A stretch of DNA of 64,000 nt. Source: Raillietiella orientalis (taxonomy: Eukaryota). Positions 12,601 to 24,900 of this stretch are shown here, in pieces. Below the pieces are notes generated by a model, which saw only the letters and a program-made list of their open reading frames with translations, ran no database searches and was not told the DNA's origin. The DNA is taken from assembly GCA_036172245.1 (NCBI GenBank), contig JAYWIR010000002.1:2480001-2544000 (forward strand), in the 5' to 3' direction. Position 1 is the stretch's first letter. Each line of letters opens with the position of its first letter. Both the position numbers and the translations under genes were made by a program.

Positions 12601-14160
12601 GGGGCAAAGCAGTAGCTGCCAGGAGCGGGCAGCTTCCTCGTGGCGAGGATGGGTTGCCGAGGCGACCGCGAGCGACTTTCCCCTCGCGCCGCAAAAGCAG
12701 GAGCTGTTTGGCGGAGGGGGAACCGTTCGTCCTTGCTTGACCCGGCTATCCGCTCCGGGTTGACCGACGGAAGACCTCGAGAACGTGAGTGAACCACCGC
12801 GCCATCCGAGCTCCGAGGCCGCCGCCGTGTCCTCTCGCTGGCGCCTCTCCCTGTCTCCCTCCCTCTCCGATGCGGCGCGACTGATCATCCCGTACGGAAG
12901 AGAGGATCGCTAAACCCTTTCCCGTCTACCCTCTCCTCCTCCTCCTCCTTCGTCGAGAGTCAGCAGCACTGAGGCCATCCCTGTGCTGCAGGACGCCTCC
13001 TGCAGCACGACCCACCTACCGCCGGTGAGGGTGGAGGCGCCGCCGCCTTAGGAGTCGGGTGGACTTCGGTGAGGGCCGAGAACAGGAGAAGGTCCCTCAC
13101 TGCCACCGAGGGCGTGACGTAAGGAGTCCCGAGTGTCCATACGGCAGCTGCTGGGAATTTCGTCCGCAGAGGGGAAACGGGGTGGGAGAGGGTGACAGAG
13201 AGTAGGAGGAAGAGGAGCGAGAAAAATTCCTTTGGGGAGCTTCCACCTCCAGGTCTCCTCTCGGTCGTTGTCAGCGCCGCCGCTCCGGGATGAATGGATG
13301 CTGCGGATAATTCGAAATGATTTCTCTCTGTCAAGGAGGAGTATTAGTGTAATGGAAAGAGAGACCAGGAGCTGAGAAAACGATTCCACTCGGCAGCTTC
13401 CTATCTTCACAGATGACTGGGCAATATGGAAAATCGCGGGAAGCAATTACGGCGCGCTCCGCCTCGGCTGGAACGCCGGGCTGTCTCGCGAGATTAGCTC
13501 CCGCGTCCGTGCAGGGATTCCCGTAGCAGCTCTTCACTGCGCGGCCGCTGAGGCCCGGGGAGCAGATTGACAAAACAAAGTTCGACCAACTCCCGCGCGG
13601 CCGCTAGGTGCAAAGCGATGATGCATCGACGCCAGGGCTGTCTCCTTCTCCCGGAGTCTACTTGAAACCGGCAAGATGGTTCGCCTCTCGCCGCCAAATT
13701 AATGCACTCCTCCAGGGAAAAAGGGAGGAGGAGCGGGAGGAGGGAGGGAGAGAGGGCAAGCAAACAGCGTGTTGACGAATCGATAATGCGACTCGCAATG
13801 CTTCAACCTTTGAATGATGGTCATCTTTCCAGTTCCCCTGGGGTTGATGCTGCAACAAGGAACGGAGGCGGAACGGGGTAGGCTCAAGGGGTGATGGAAG
13901 GAACAGGTGACTGGGAACTTCGAGCCCGGAATGCTGTTCGCTGCAGGTTCCTGAGCCGTAGTTCCTTTTTGTTTGCGTGCGTGCGAGTCTGTGCGGGTTC
14001 CGACAAAGAGAACGATTCGCGTCTCCGAGATGCCTCTAAGCGTGAGGAACAGCGACAGATTCGTGGAACGATCAGTTCGCCATCCCTGCTGCTCGGATGT
14101 CCTTTTCCATCACTTTTCCTTCATTTGTGCTTCCGGGAACTGAGCAAAGAAACAAGCAAA

Positions 14161-14185
14161 ACACACACACACACACACACACACA
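14161..14185. repeat. (AC)n microsatellite
   Basis: About 12 uninterrupted AC units. Confidence 0.95.
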
Positions 14186-15784
14186 GGTGTTCATTTCCTC
14201 ACTATGGAATTTTCCCGATGTCTAAATTTAGATGCAACACGTCGCCGCCATTTCATGAAGGGTTTCTTCGTCGTCTCGCCCTCCCCTTTCAAATCATTCA
14301 AACTTGAACGCCTGCACGCATCTCTTGTTTCGGGATGAAAGGGTGGATCGAAATCTTTCCGGATGATTTTCAACATTTTTTTCCTGAATGTTCTTTCGTG
14401 ATCTCGGTTCCCTGAGATTCTCCGCAGCACCACTTCACTGTGTTTGGACTTCCTGATGCTCCCACGGTTCGGCGGCCAATAATCACCATCTGTTTCAAAT
14501 TTTCAAGCAGTTTTTGTTTTTTGTTTGGTGACTTACCTTCAGAGGGTGCTGACAAGCCTATCTTCAGAACTTCCGACCACGGCGTTCTTCTTGGGTTTCC
14601 TTTGTCTAGGAACGCAACCATACTTCAATAAATCTTTCAACGAAAAATGGCTCTGGGCAAAGCAGACTCCATTTAATTTTCTGCTCCAGTGTCTACACAC
14701 CGAAAAAGTTTTTGCCACATTTTGCCACTTGCGTTGGGAGGAAGAGAGAGAGCTGCTGGAAAAATATTGCTGGATATTTTACATATGTGGTTTGCGTTGG
14801 TAATCCTGGATATTTCATGAAGTGGTATAAATTAATTATAGGACGAACTCGGTTTTCAAGAGAGCAAGCTAATTATGAATTCCATCTGCTTTATTAATCT
14901 GTGTCTAATTTTCCTACACGCAACACAAGCACATCTTCCCCTTCCTCTCCTGAATAAAATGATAATTTGCAGTTATTCTGAAGAGGTTGTTGCTACCCTC
15001 CTTTTTTTCAAGCATCCGAATGGGTTAGCTCATTGAAGATGTTCTCTTCCTGGTAACATGAAAGTGAGTCTGCATTCGTTTTGCATCCTATTCCGTTCTT
15101 GATTCATCGATGCATTTTCCTTGCTGCTGGACTGCGATGTTTCATTAAATGGTTCATTTCACGCATGAGATGGTTCGTTTCGTGTTCTGATTGATCGAAG
15201 GTGTAGTTGAGGAGGAGTCAGCATAAAGATGGGATTCAGAGCTTCCTTTTGAGGCATTTGATCTTTTCAAAACGGATGCAATGAGGGCAAGGGCACCCAT
15301 CTTCACGAAATCCCTCGATGAAGATGCGTACCAGGGTAAGGTACAGCAGAAATCGGTGGAATTTTCCCGGTGCACTGTGTGAATCACATCACGTCATCCC
15401 CGAATCAGTTGCCGAGAGCCGGCGTTTTCATCATTCTGTATCCGTCAACAAGACAAGTTCCCTTTTGGAATGGTGATTGCCAGCAAGCGTGCTGAGATCG
15501 GCACGCATTCGGCGAGTGACCACATCGCATACGAAAAGCTGATCTGCAGCCCCGGCGCCAACGAGAGGAGTTCTTTGCAGTCTGAATGCACGCAGGGACG
15601 GATAAGTTCTTTACATTTCGCGTGGGGTCTGGAAAGCCAATCTAGCGGAGTCCTCGCAAAAGTTTACAGAATCATCGTTTAAAGCCACCTCAGCTTACAA
15701 AGCAGTTATGATGACAAAGAAGAGGATAAGAAATAGGGCGCTGAAACAAAACACAGACCCACATTCGCAAAATGGAGCTCGAAG

Positions 15785-15817
15785 TTTTTTTTTTTTTTTT
15801 TTTTCTTTCTTTTTTTT
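15785..15817. repeat. Poly-T tract
   Basis: T20 followed by ctttcttttttt. Confidence 0.9.
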
Positions 15818-18800
15818 AACGGGAATATCTGAATCGATTTATTTACACATGAGGTTTCTCGCCTTTCTCAAAAGCCATCCCTAATCCGCATTAATGGAAA
15901 CGGAAGATGTGTTGCTAATTATTTACCATCGAGATAGAACGAGCTCGTAATGAGTTCTCTCAACGTCCCTTTTGTTAAGAAAGAAATATGGGATCTGGCT
16001 CAACAGACCCGAATGAGTTCTCCCTAAAATTTTCTTGGACGAGCCGTGTCGTCGCCCAGTAAAACGAGAACTTGCATTTGAGGCATTAAATTGTGGGGGA
16101 CGTATTTTTAAGCGTGGTGTTCACCGTTCCTCAAGGCCACGGGATCCGATTTCGTTCCCGTTACATGTTGTCATGGTCTGCGTGACACAGGAAACCTTTC
16201 TGCTGAAGGTACGTCCGTTGAAAGGCTGCTGGCTGGTAGTACGTGTACATTCACATGTCATGCTGGGATAAGGTGTTCTTGAGCTTGCCAACTCCTACCT
16301 GGGAACTTGCAGACGGGATGACTCCATTTCAGCTTTCGCACCACGCTTCCTGCGAGTGGAGCGGGATGGGCCGAACTTTGCGCACGGAGCACCATCACGT
16401 TGCAAACATCCACGCGGGAGCTTCGATCCGGTCGTCGTCGGGAACGCAAACGCGGGCGACTCTTGGGGGGACTCTTCACCCCAGGAGGCATCCAGCGCGA
16501 AAAGATCGGCTGCAGGTCGAAGCATCCGTCTTGGTTCTTGGTCCGCCGTCGAGCAGCCGGCAGTGTGATGCTTCGCCTGCGATCTGTGTGAATCAGCGCA
16601 CGTGGACGGCGTGGATGCAAACCGGTGAAGGGATCAGCTGCGGGAAAGCGAAACTTTCGATTGTGCGGATTTCCAGCCGCAAGGATTCCGGGATGCGGGG
16701 GGAGGGGGAAACGAAGGGAAACCGAAAGCTGAGGAAAAGGACGAGGGAGAAGACGAAAGCGGCAAACAAAAGGAAAAGAACAAGAAGAAGGAGGGAAAGA
16801 GTGAAAAACCACTGAGGGATAAACCTTCGAGGAGAGACGCATTCTCTGGACGCAGATCGGAATCTCAAGGAAGGGGCTTCAGCATGAAGCACAATGGGAT
16901 CAAGAGCTGGCGAACGCTCACCGGTCCTTCGAGCGTCTCGGAATCAATCATCCCAATCCTTTTTTTTTTTTTTTTCATCCCGAAACTGTTGAGGAGAAGA
17001 GGGATCCAGTGAATAACGCAGATCTGGACGCTGTCAAGACGGGACGAGGAGACAAAGGGGATGACGGGAAGCAGTAATCATCAGGGAAAACCTTCGTTCG
17101 CGAGCGCTTGCGAGATGCTGCTGCCCCTCGCCAATGGGAGGAGGCGGTCGCGCCATGAAACTCGCAGGGCGGGCCCCCTTCGGGAAGCCTCTCAGTTCCC
17201 CGCACGCGCCGCTGACGAGGAGACCGCATGCCCGCGACTCACGTGGGAAAAAAAGAAAGAGGGAATTCGTGGCGACACCTTCCTGGATCGCGCGCGACCA
17301 CGTTCAGGGATCAGTCATGATCCTTGGGTGGTTGCTGGAGCAGCTGATGAGGCAGGGCACTGCCCACGTGGGGCATTCCAGCCCTTTGCAGCATGGGAAG
17401 AGAAGGAGAACCACTCTGGGGTCCTGGGTCTCCTCCGCTCCTGGGGCGCAGTCAGGATCACGGTCCGGTGCGGCGAGAGCGCCTGAGGGAGCTAAGCATT
17501 CTCATTTCCTTTGCGTCCGGGTCCTTGGACCGTCGGCGGCAGCTCGGGCGTAGCGCGCCTCCTCCCCGGAGTGGAGGCGCCGAGGAACCGGGACTCGGAG
17601 CGCAAGGAACGACTCCCTCCCCACTTCAGAGGCGGCGGGAGCATCAGGTGTGGAAACAGAAGAGGAGGCTCAGCTTCCCGGGACTTTTGCTTCTTTCCGG
17701 GGAGCGGCGTCTTGAGGAGGGCACGCGCTCGCGTGTCCTCCCGGCGATAGCCGGAATGCGAGAAACGCGGGAGCGCCAAAGAAAGGAAAGGCAGTGCAGA
17801 ACGGGACGAACGGCTGCCGGCAGAGGGAGAGTTCTTGCCCCCAGGGGACCGGCTGAAAACTGGCTTGTAGCGCTCCAGACTGAGGAAGGGAAGGGGAGGG
17901 GAGTAACCTTTGCACATGAGAAGCCTTCCCTAGGGATGCTGTCTGCCGATCTGCTCCCGCAGGGCTCATCTCGCGGGCGTTTGCTTCCTGGGCCGCGCGC
18001 GAGGAGCTCTGGGAAGCTGCTGCACGGTAGTCGTAGGGGCGGCAAGGGAGAGGGGGTGATTTGGAGTGGGAATCCGCAGCCCCCAAAAGCAAACGGAAGT
18101 TTCCGATCCACCGCCAAGGACTTCGTACCGTGGAGACCTCGCCCTTTGCGCCATTCAGGGCGCGGGGGACGCGATCATGACCTCGGAGAACCCCTGCCTT
18201 CATCCTCTCTGTCTGGTTGTCAGCGCAGTCCTCCATAGGAATCTAGAAAACCGAACTGTAGTCCCAAATGCTCCGGTGCGGCGAAGGCAGGAAGCTCCGC
18301 GCGCAGTGGCGAAGGGTGAAAAGTCCGGCGCCTTCCGCGGGGAATTCGGACTTCAGGCAAGGGGATAAGAAATAGGTGGGATTGGGACTGCAGGGGGGCG
18401 CGGAGGCCTCCTTCCGTTCCCTGGAAGTTTTCCGTTCCTCATTCCCCTCTGTCGCCTCGGAAAGTATTCCCCCCTCGGAAATGAGGCGTCACTTTCGCAG
18501 CCTCTCTCGGTCCGCTCCCAACTGTGCGGAGGAGCAGCCCTCTCCTTGCGGACCTTGGCGTGCGGTCCAGTACAGGCGCGAGAGGGAAGACGTCGAGGTG
18601 CCCTATGGCCGCTTGTTCTGCATCTCCTCCCCCCCGGGTGGATGGCTCAGGTTCCGTGAGCTCTCAGCCGCTGCCTCCCTGTCCCGTTTCTGAGCCCACT
18701 GCGCTGCAGCTGCCCGAGGGCTGCCCGAGTCGTGGGTTTTGAAGGGGTGACGGATGGAAAGTCCGCCATCCTTCAGTCCGTGGGACCGAGGCGTCCAGAG

Positions 18801-20599
18801 ATGCCTGTGAAGAGCTGCATGCCGAAAGCAAAGCAAGACAGGAGTGCTGCCGTGTTTCTGCTCTGGGCGGAAGGAGGCTTCGGGAATAATGGGCAGAAAA
18901 GTGCAGATGCATCTCTCGCTGGACCACAGGTAGAGTGCTCCGGAAGCAAGAGGGTCGGCTCTCTCTCTCTCTTGAAGAAAGAAGAGAAGAAGAGGAAGAA
19001 GATAGCATATCGACCTCAGATCGATCCCCGGGACGACCCGATCGGCAAAGAGCGATCTCGTGCGGCGTTTGGCGCAGCCACGAGGCTGCGCGGAAGTCCG
19101 CCGTGGGCGCTCGCGCGAAACTACCGGGCAGACAGTCGGCTGCGAACTGCTCCGGGAGGTTCGCCTCCTGACCTCTACACTGCCGCGTACTATCCCAGTC
19201 CACGGCGTGTGTTGTCCCGGAAGGGGCGACTTCGCGGACCCCGAACACTCCACTTCGTCCCAGTTCGGGAGATCAGTTGATCGCCCGAACTGAGGCTTTC
19301 CTCTCTACCACGTCGAGCGTATGCTCTCCTCCTCTCCCCTCTTCTTTGAGGGACCGAATGCTCCCAAGCACCCCACTGCCGCGGAGATCACGGGTCCGCC
19401 TCCAGAAACTCCTTTCCCGGGAAGAGACCACCCCTTTCTTTGGATCCGCTTCCCGCGTCCCACGTGCCCCCTGAGAGGGTGGAAAGGCGGCGGAGCCGAA
19501 GTGCGGGCGTGCCCTCTGCTGTTACAGCAGATACTCGGACGCTTTCCGCTGCTGCGCACTGAGGAGGGATCCCAGACATGGACCGATGCCACCGACTAGA
19601 GGGAGGCACACGCCGCGCTAGGCCTGGCCCGCGTGCCTACGCGTTCGACGGCGCACTGGGAATTCCGAGAGGAGTCAGGTCAGTCGCTGCTTCTCAGGTG
19701 CACGCCTCAGGTGCTCCGTCATCGTTCAGCAGTGGCAAACGTCCAAGGATGCCGTGCGTTTGCTCCAGGATGATGGACTCCTGGTGTGTACGAATTTCCA
19801 GACCTTTGCACCCCTGCAAGCATCCCTGACTGTGTGCACATCGATGAGTAGACCTGTTCATCCTCAGCCATAATGAGTGCGTCTCTGGATGCGGGTTCCA
19901 GGAGAATGCAGCACGGATCAATGGCTGATCTGTGGCTCTTTCTTTTCCCAGTTGGGAAGGATCTGTTGCCTAAATATTCACGAAAGAGTTCTCCCTCATT
20001 CACATGCAGCACGTGGCTTGCTGCGAGCAGATGAGATCACGTGATCGGTTCGAGAAGCGATCGTTTCAGAAAACAAAGAAAAGAAAAGGTGAAACTTCTA
20101 GAAGGAAATCCAGATTTGGGGAGGATCCATTGCTTAGATCGGGGGATTGGGCATTCCGTTGATCACTGAAGATGCTCCTTAGAGGAAACCGCGCTCGTTT
20201 TTCTGCCCCACCCCCTTCCTGCGTTCTTGCAGCCACAGGAACTTCCATTAGCAAATCGCGATACAAATTGCGAACCTGAGGAAGCTGCGCTCCGCAGCAT
20301 CGAGCTTCTTTCAGCAATAAGAAAGGACTTTTAGTGCCAAGAAATGCATGGGAGGAGCCGAAGCTACGTCGCCTGGACAGGGACCATGGATTCGAAAGCA
20401 GTCTTCGCGTGAGGAGATAAGGGATGGGACCCGAGGACGCCCTCGCACCTCCCAGGATTCCGTGTCCGGCCAGGAAGGCTTGTTAAAAGGGGAGCCCCGC
20501 CTATGCTGAAGGGCTTTTTTCTTTTTACAGCAGTGCGCTGCTCCGCTGAGGTGTACTCTTAGTGCTATTCTCCCCCCGCGTGGGGAGGATTCATTCGAA

Positions 20600-20900
20600 A
20601 ACTCGACTCAAGAGCGATGTTCCCGGTGATGCTCGGAGCACGCGAGGACCGATGTGTCCCGTTGGGAATCCGTGGAATACACTCTTCTGGCACTTCTGCG
20701 TCGTGACGTCGAAAGTTCCCTTCGGAGGCGATTTCGGCTGCTCAGCGTGTGAAGATCAGAGGTCAAGATCGCTATCTTCCTTTTCCCTTTACGCCCACTC
20801 TTCGAGATCTGCAGATATTTTGACGTTGTTGCAGCGGCACAGTCGGACGAAACATGCTTCATCACTGTATCCATGGAAACCGTGAGACCTATCGCCGTCA
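20600..20900 (-). mobile_element. Possible degenerate Tc1/mariner-superfamily transposase relic
   Basis: Minus-strand pieces GYSDEACF (cf. FSDEAxF), FRRHDA (cf. FQQDGA) and RASPGTSLL (cf. PRSPDLTPL) occur in the expected order but are heavily decayed. Confidence 0.28.
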
Positions 20901-21870
20901 TCCCTGAATCGATTCGGAATAGCGAGCTTGTGACCACTCAGCCAGCTCGTGCTCGCAGCTCCGCTTTCGTTCGAAAAGAGCAGTTTTTGGAACCTGGGTA
21001 GCAAGGATGATCAGTGGATAGTCAGATCGGCTCTCGAACTCTTCCTTATGCGCTCGCAGCAACTCTTCTTCCCCCGAGAAGACACGAGGGGAAACGAAAT
21101 AAAAAACGAAAGAAAGATTTCAAATTCTCCCATCTCTCCCCATCCCACTTTTAGCTAATTGTTGCGCACATATGATCCTGAGATTGCGTTCAGCCGCCTT
21201 CAGATCGATAGGACCCTTCCCCCCCCCCCATATTGACACAACAGATAACCCAGGGATCGATCTGCGAGCAGGCTGGAGGATGAAATTCAAATTTTGAAAA
21301 AATCCGATCTCCCTTCTACGTGTCCACAGTGGGAACTTGCCGTGGGGTTTCCGCTCCCTCCCTTCGAGCTTTCAAAGCGCAAGTCACGTTTATCAAACAC
21401 GGGAATCATCTTGACAGAAGGATCTTTTCAGTCCATATGTCTTTCAACGTGAAAACCGAAGTGTCCTTTTCCTGTGGAAGAAGAGAAAAGAAAACGGGAA
21501 AGCAGAGACGGCATTCCGCTCGCTTATTTGGATCGTTTGTTTCGTTGAGTGATTTCTGCCGAAGGAGCGTTAGCTGCAGCCAGAAGATCACCTCCGAAGA
21601 AATTATTGCAAGGCAGAAGAACGTACTGGATTGATTCCATAGCAGCCATCGGATGCTACGGACAACTCGAATCCCATCATATCAGCAAATGTAGAATAAT
21701 GGTTTTTGTGTTTTTTGAGTTGCTGCTTGCGATATTTGCACATGCCAAGAGCTTCCGTGACTGCCAGAGTGCCCAGGATTTGACAAAGCGTTGAACGATG
21801 CTTACTTCAATTCCGTTTCCAAGAAATCGCCTTCCCAAATCACATCGGAAGAATATGGACTAGAAAGACG

Positions 21871-21916
21871 ATGCAAGAACTCGTTTACCTCCAGTTACTT
21901 TTCGCGGCATCTGTCG
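21871..21916 (+). CDS. knk: Candidate first coding exon (signal peptide) of the knk-family gene
   Basis: ATG with A at -3, encoding MQELVYLQLLFAASV+G, followed by a perfect G|GTAAGT phase-1 donor. Splicing to 28272 gives MQELVYLQLLFAASVGQVRA/EYYG, with a V-R-A cleavage-type motif. Confidence 0.55.
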
Positions 21917-24900
21917 GTAAGTTTTTTTTCTTCTTCTTCTTTTTGCATTTTTGTGCACGCCGCGATCTGCATCCATTCCACCGTCCCTCTGAAATTAAGT
22001 TCTGTGCGGCTTTGGGGTTTTTTTTCCCGCTCTGGAAGGCCGTCGTCAAGTGCTCGTCGCACGTTGGATTTTTTCTTTTCTGAAGCGTTCTGGTTGCCAC
22101 ATTCAAGTTTTCCCGAGCAACGGTCCCATTCCCTGCTTTCCGCCGAGGGCCAGATCACCTCTCACCTATTAGCCAGTCCTGTGTCACCCCTGGAGGAAGG
22201 TTCCTCAATTCCGCCTTCTGACTCGGCCGGTTTTCGCTAGGCACCAAATAGGTCACGTCACTTGAACTGCCCCTCCTCTCGCCCCACGTAACAGCAAGGT
22301 CGCCGCCATTCCGGGGGTTATATCAGCTTTCTTTCTGCCCAGGCTTGAACCGTATATTCTAAGGAACCATCGATTCCCTCGTTGGGCGCATCTTTTTTTC
22401 TATTTCCTTTGGGGAAGGATTTCTTGTTCATTAAAGAAAGCCATTTTGCTTACCTATGCTTATATTATAGGCAACACGCATACGTATTTCAAGGAACGAA
22501 AGACTTGAGCTGGAAAAAGGAAGAAATCGTGTGTTTGCTCGCGCTCACCGCTGCTGAGTGTCTCACGGAAGCGTATCTTTTTTGGCCGGTGGGATTCTGC
22601 TCTGAGCTTAACTGACGCAAAATAGAGAGAGAAACGAAGACGGAAGCGCAGTGCACAAAACTTTAGACAACAGCCCCTGCCTGCCTTCCGGTCGTAGAAT
22701 GTTCTACACGTCAAAAGCGTGGAAATTGGTCGATAACCTGGCGTTTTTCGTGTTGATTTTTGTTCAGTTTTCCAAAGAGCCCGATCTGCTAATGGGTTTA
22801 GAAAGCTGGAAAAAAAAAAAAAAAAAATTCAGTCTTGACAGGCAACTGAAAAATAATTATCATTAGAGCTGCTGCCTGCGTTGATGCTTTTCCTCTCTCC
22901 CTGCAATGCAAACAGGGCATATAATTTACCGTTGCAATGATGATGGTGAAATCACACCGGAGGGAATCCAGTCACGAAACTGTGAACTCGCAATCTCGAG
23001 GTTCCATTTGAAGCCGAAGAATGCATTACGGGCGCAACCGCCGACGCCTGGAGAGTGGAAGGAAGCATTGTGTGTGCAACCCGAGTTCTGTCTGTCGGCC
23101 GCGTGTGCTCCAGATTGCGCCGCTGCTTTGAAGGTCTCGAAACAGGAACCGGGGGTCTGGAGCTCGCAATTCGAATATCTCTCATGCGGTTGCCAATTTC
23201 GATAGATTCCCCTTCTATCCATCCCGCGCCGTTTGAAGGGCATCTGAAATTCTCGCTCAAACACATACGAGGAGAAGCCGCACGATTGAAGTAAATAAAC
23301 GTACGAAAGAGTACCACTGCTTCGCGAGATATCATTGCCGCATTTATGCAGATCCATCAGCGACTCGCGAAGCGAAAGGGGAACAGATTGCTCAAAGGCA
23401 ATCATAATTTCAGGAACATCGTTTCCATTGCTCCCACGGTAAATGCACATTGACACTGAGCTGATACATATGCTAAAGCCGATTGGGCATGCAGATCGTG
23501 GAAGATTGACCTCTCGGGTTCACGGATGCTGCACCGTTCCCGCTGGATATTGACGCGTTGGATGTATTTTCACACTTTCTGCGCGTGCATCAATCAGTAA
23601 ACTGACGGGAGGTTCTCAACCCATCCAGATCCGTCAAGACTTTGTAATGAGAGAGGGGTGAGGGTGGGGCTGGAGGGAGAATGCAAGGGCAGCAGGAGAG
23701 CTCCTGCTTTCGCAGCCCATCTTGCAGAAGCCCCCTAAAGATTATGGGAGCCTCTTTTCCTAGTGCACGATCTCACTAGATAAAAGGTAAGCGACCTCCC
23801 TTCGTTCTCATCAAAACGGCCAGCTGGAAGGCGAAGTTCGAAGCAGGAGAACCGTTCACGGGCCGGTTTCCGGCAGGATGCGTCTGCGGTTTCATCGCGA
23901 CAGGGGGGAAGCGAAAGAAGGAAACCTCGTCCCAGAGCTCTCGGGATTGCTGATTACTGAAGGAACAGAGCAGCAGACGAAGAGGGGATCGGGAGCAAGC
24001 TGGGTGTTCGAACGAGCCCGGAACGCAGGCGGGCCACCTGGAAGCATCCCGATTCAAGCAGACCGACGCAAAAGAATTGGAATTCGGGAGACGCAGGTGT
24101 TCCGCCCTTCGGGAGGCAGCTTCGGGAAAAGGAAAGCAGAGAAGGAAATCGGTCGTAGAGCAAACGTCGCATTCGTTCCTTCGGGGGATCCACTTCCAGC
24201 CTTCGTCCTTCGAAGACCGCATTCCCGCTCCCGAAGAACTTTCCCCAAGCTGAATCCATCCTCGAGACTATCGGGGAATCCATCCTTGAGCGAAATGATG
24301 CTAACTCGGAAAGTTTTCTTTTCCTCTCCTTGCGCCGAAGCTTCGAGGATGTCTTCCTCCCTCCCCCCCTTTCTCCCTCCCCCCATTATTATGAAGACAT
24401 CCCCGTGCTGGTATTACGTGGGGGAAGTGTCATCGCTTCCTTTACTCATCTTACTGCAGCGGCTCTTCGTATTACCGAGCACTGCATCCCGTCCCTTCCT
24501 TGGCGCCCTTTACCGCAGCGGCTTCACGGAATATGGATGTAAGATTCCCGGTCGACGGGATAAGGTTTCCCCACAAAGCCCCCCCTCCCCCCGCTCCCGG
24601 TTGAGGTGGCAGAGTGCGCGACTTCTGAGGTACATTCTTGCAGCGTTCCGGTCGACTGTAGGGGCGGCGGCGGCGACGCTCCTCGCGTTGGTGGCAGCTG
24701 CGGTGGCGCCTCCGAGGCCGGTGGTGGCACCGTTGGTGCACTTGAACGAAGCCGCGCTGCGTGGCTCCTTTCCGGCAAGCGAGCGCATCGATCCTCTCGC
24801 AGCAAAAAGGCCACGCGCGAAGGAGCTTTCGTTTTCTGCCGACTGCGGCGTTCCGTTCCCGCGAAACCTCCTCTGATCTGCTGACAAAGGGGATGGGAGA

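Noticed and set aside
13494-13763. Ankyrin-like ALHLAAARE peptide on the minus strand
   Set aside because: Single short match with no repeat periodicity or supporting splice structure.
14300-15400. Further transposase or gag-like relics in the AT-richer patch (e.g. FDPPFHPE)
   Set aside because: Fragments are too short and not collinear enough to call.
24391-24545. Alternative knk first exon (MKTSPCWYY..EYG, phase-1 GTAAGA donor)
   Set aside because: It gives a long, atypical leader. The 21871 candidate has a better donor and a cleaner signal peptide. Not fully excluded.
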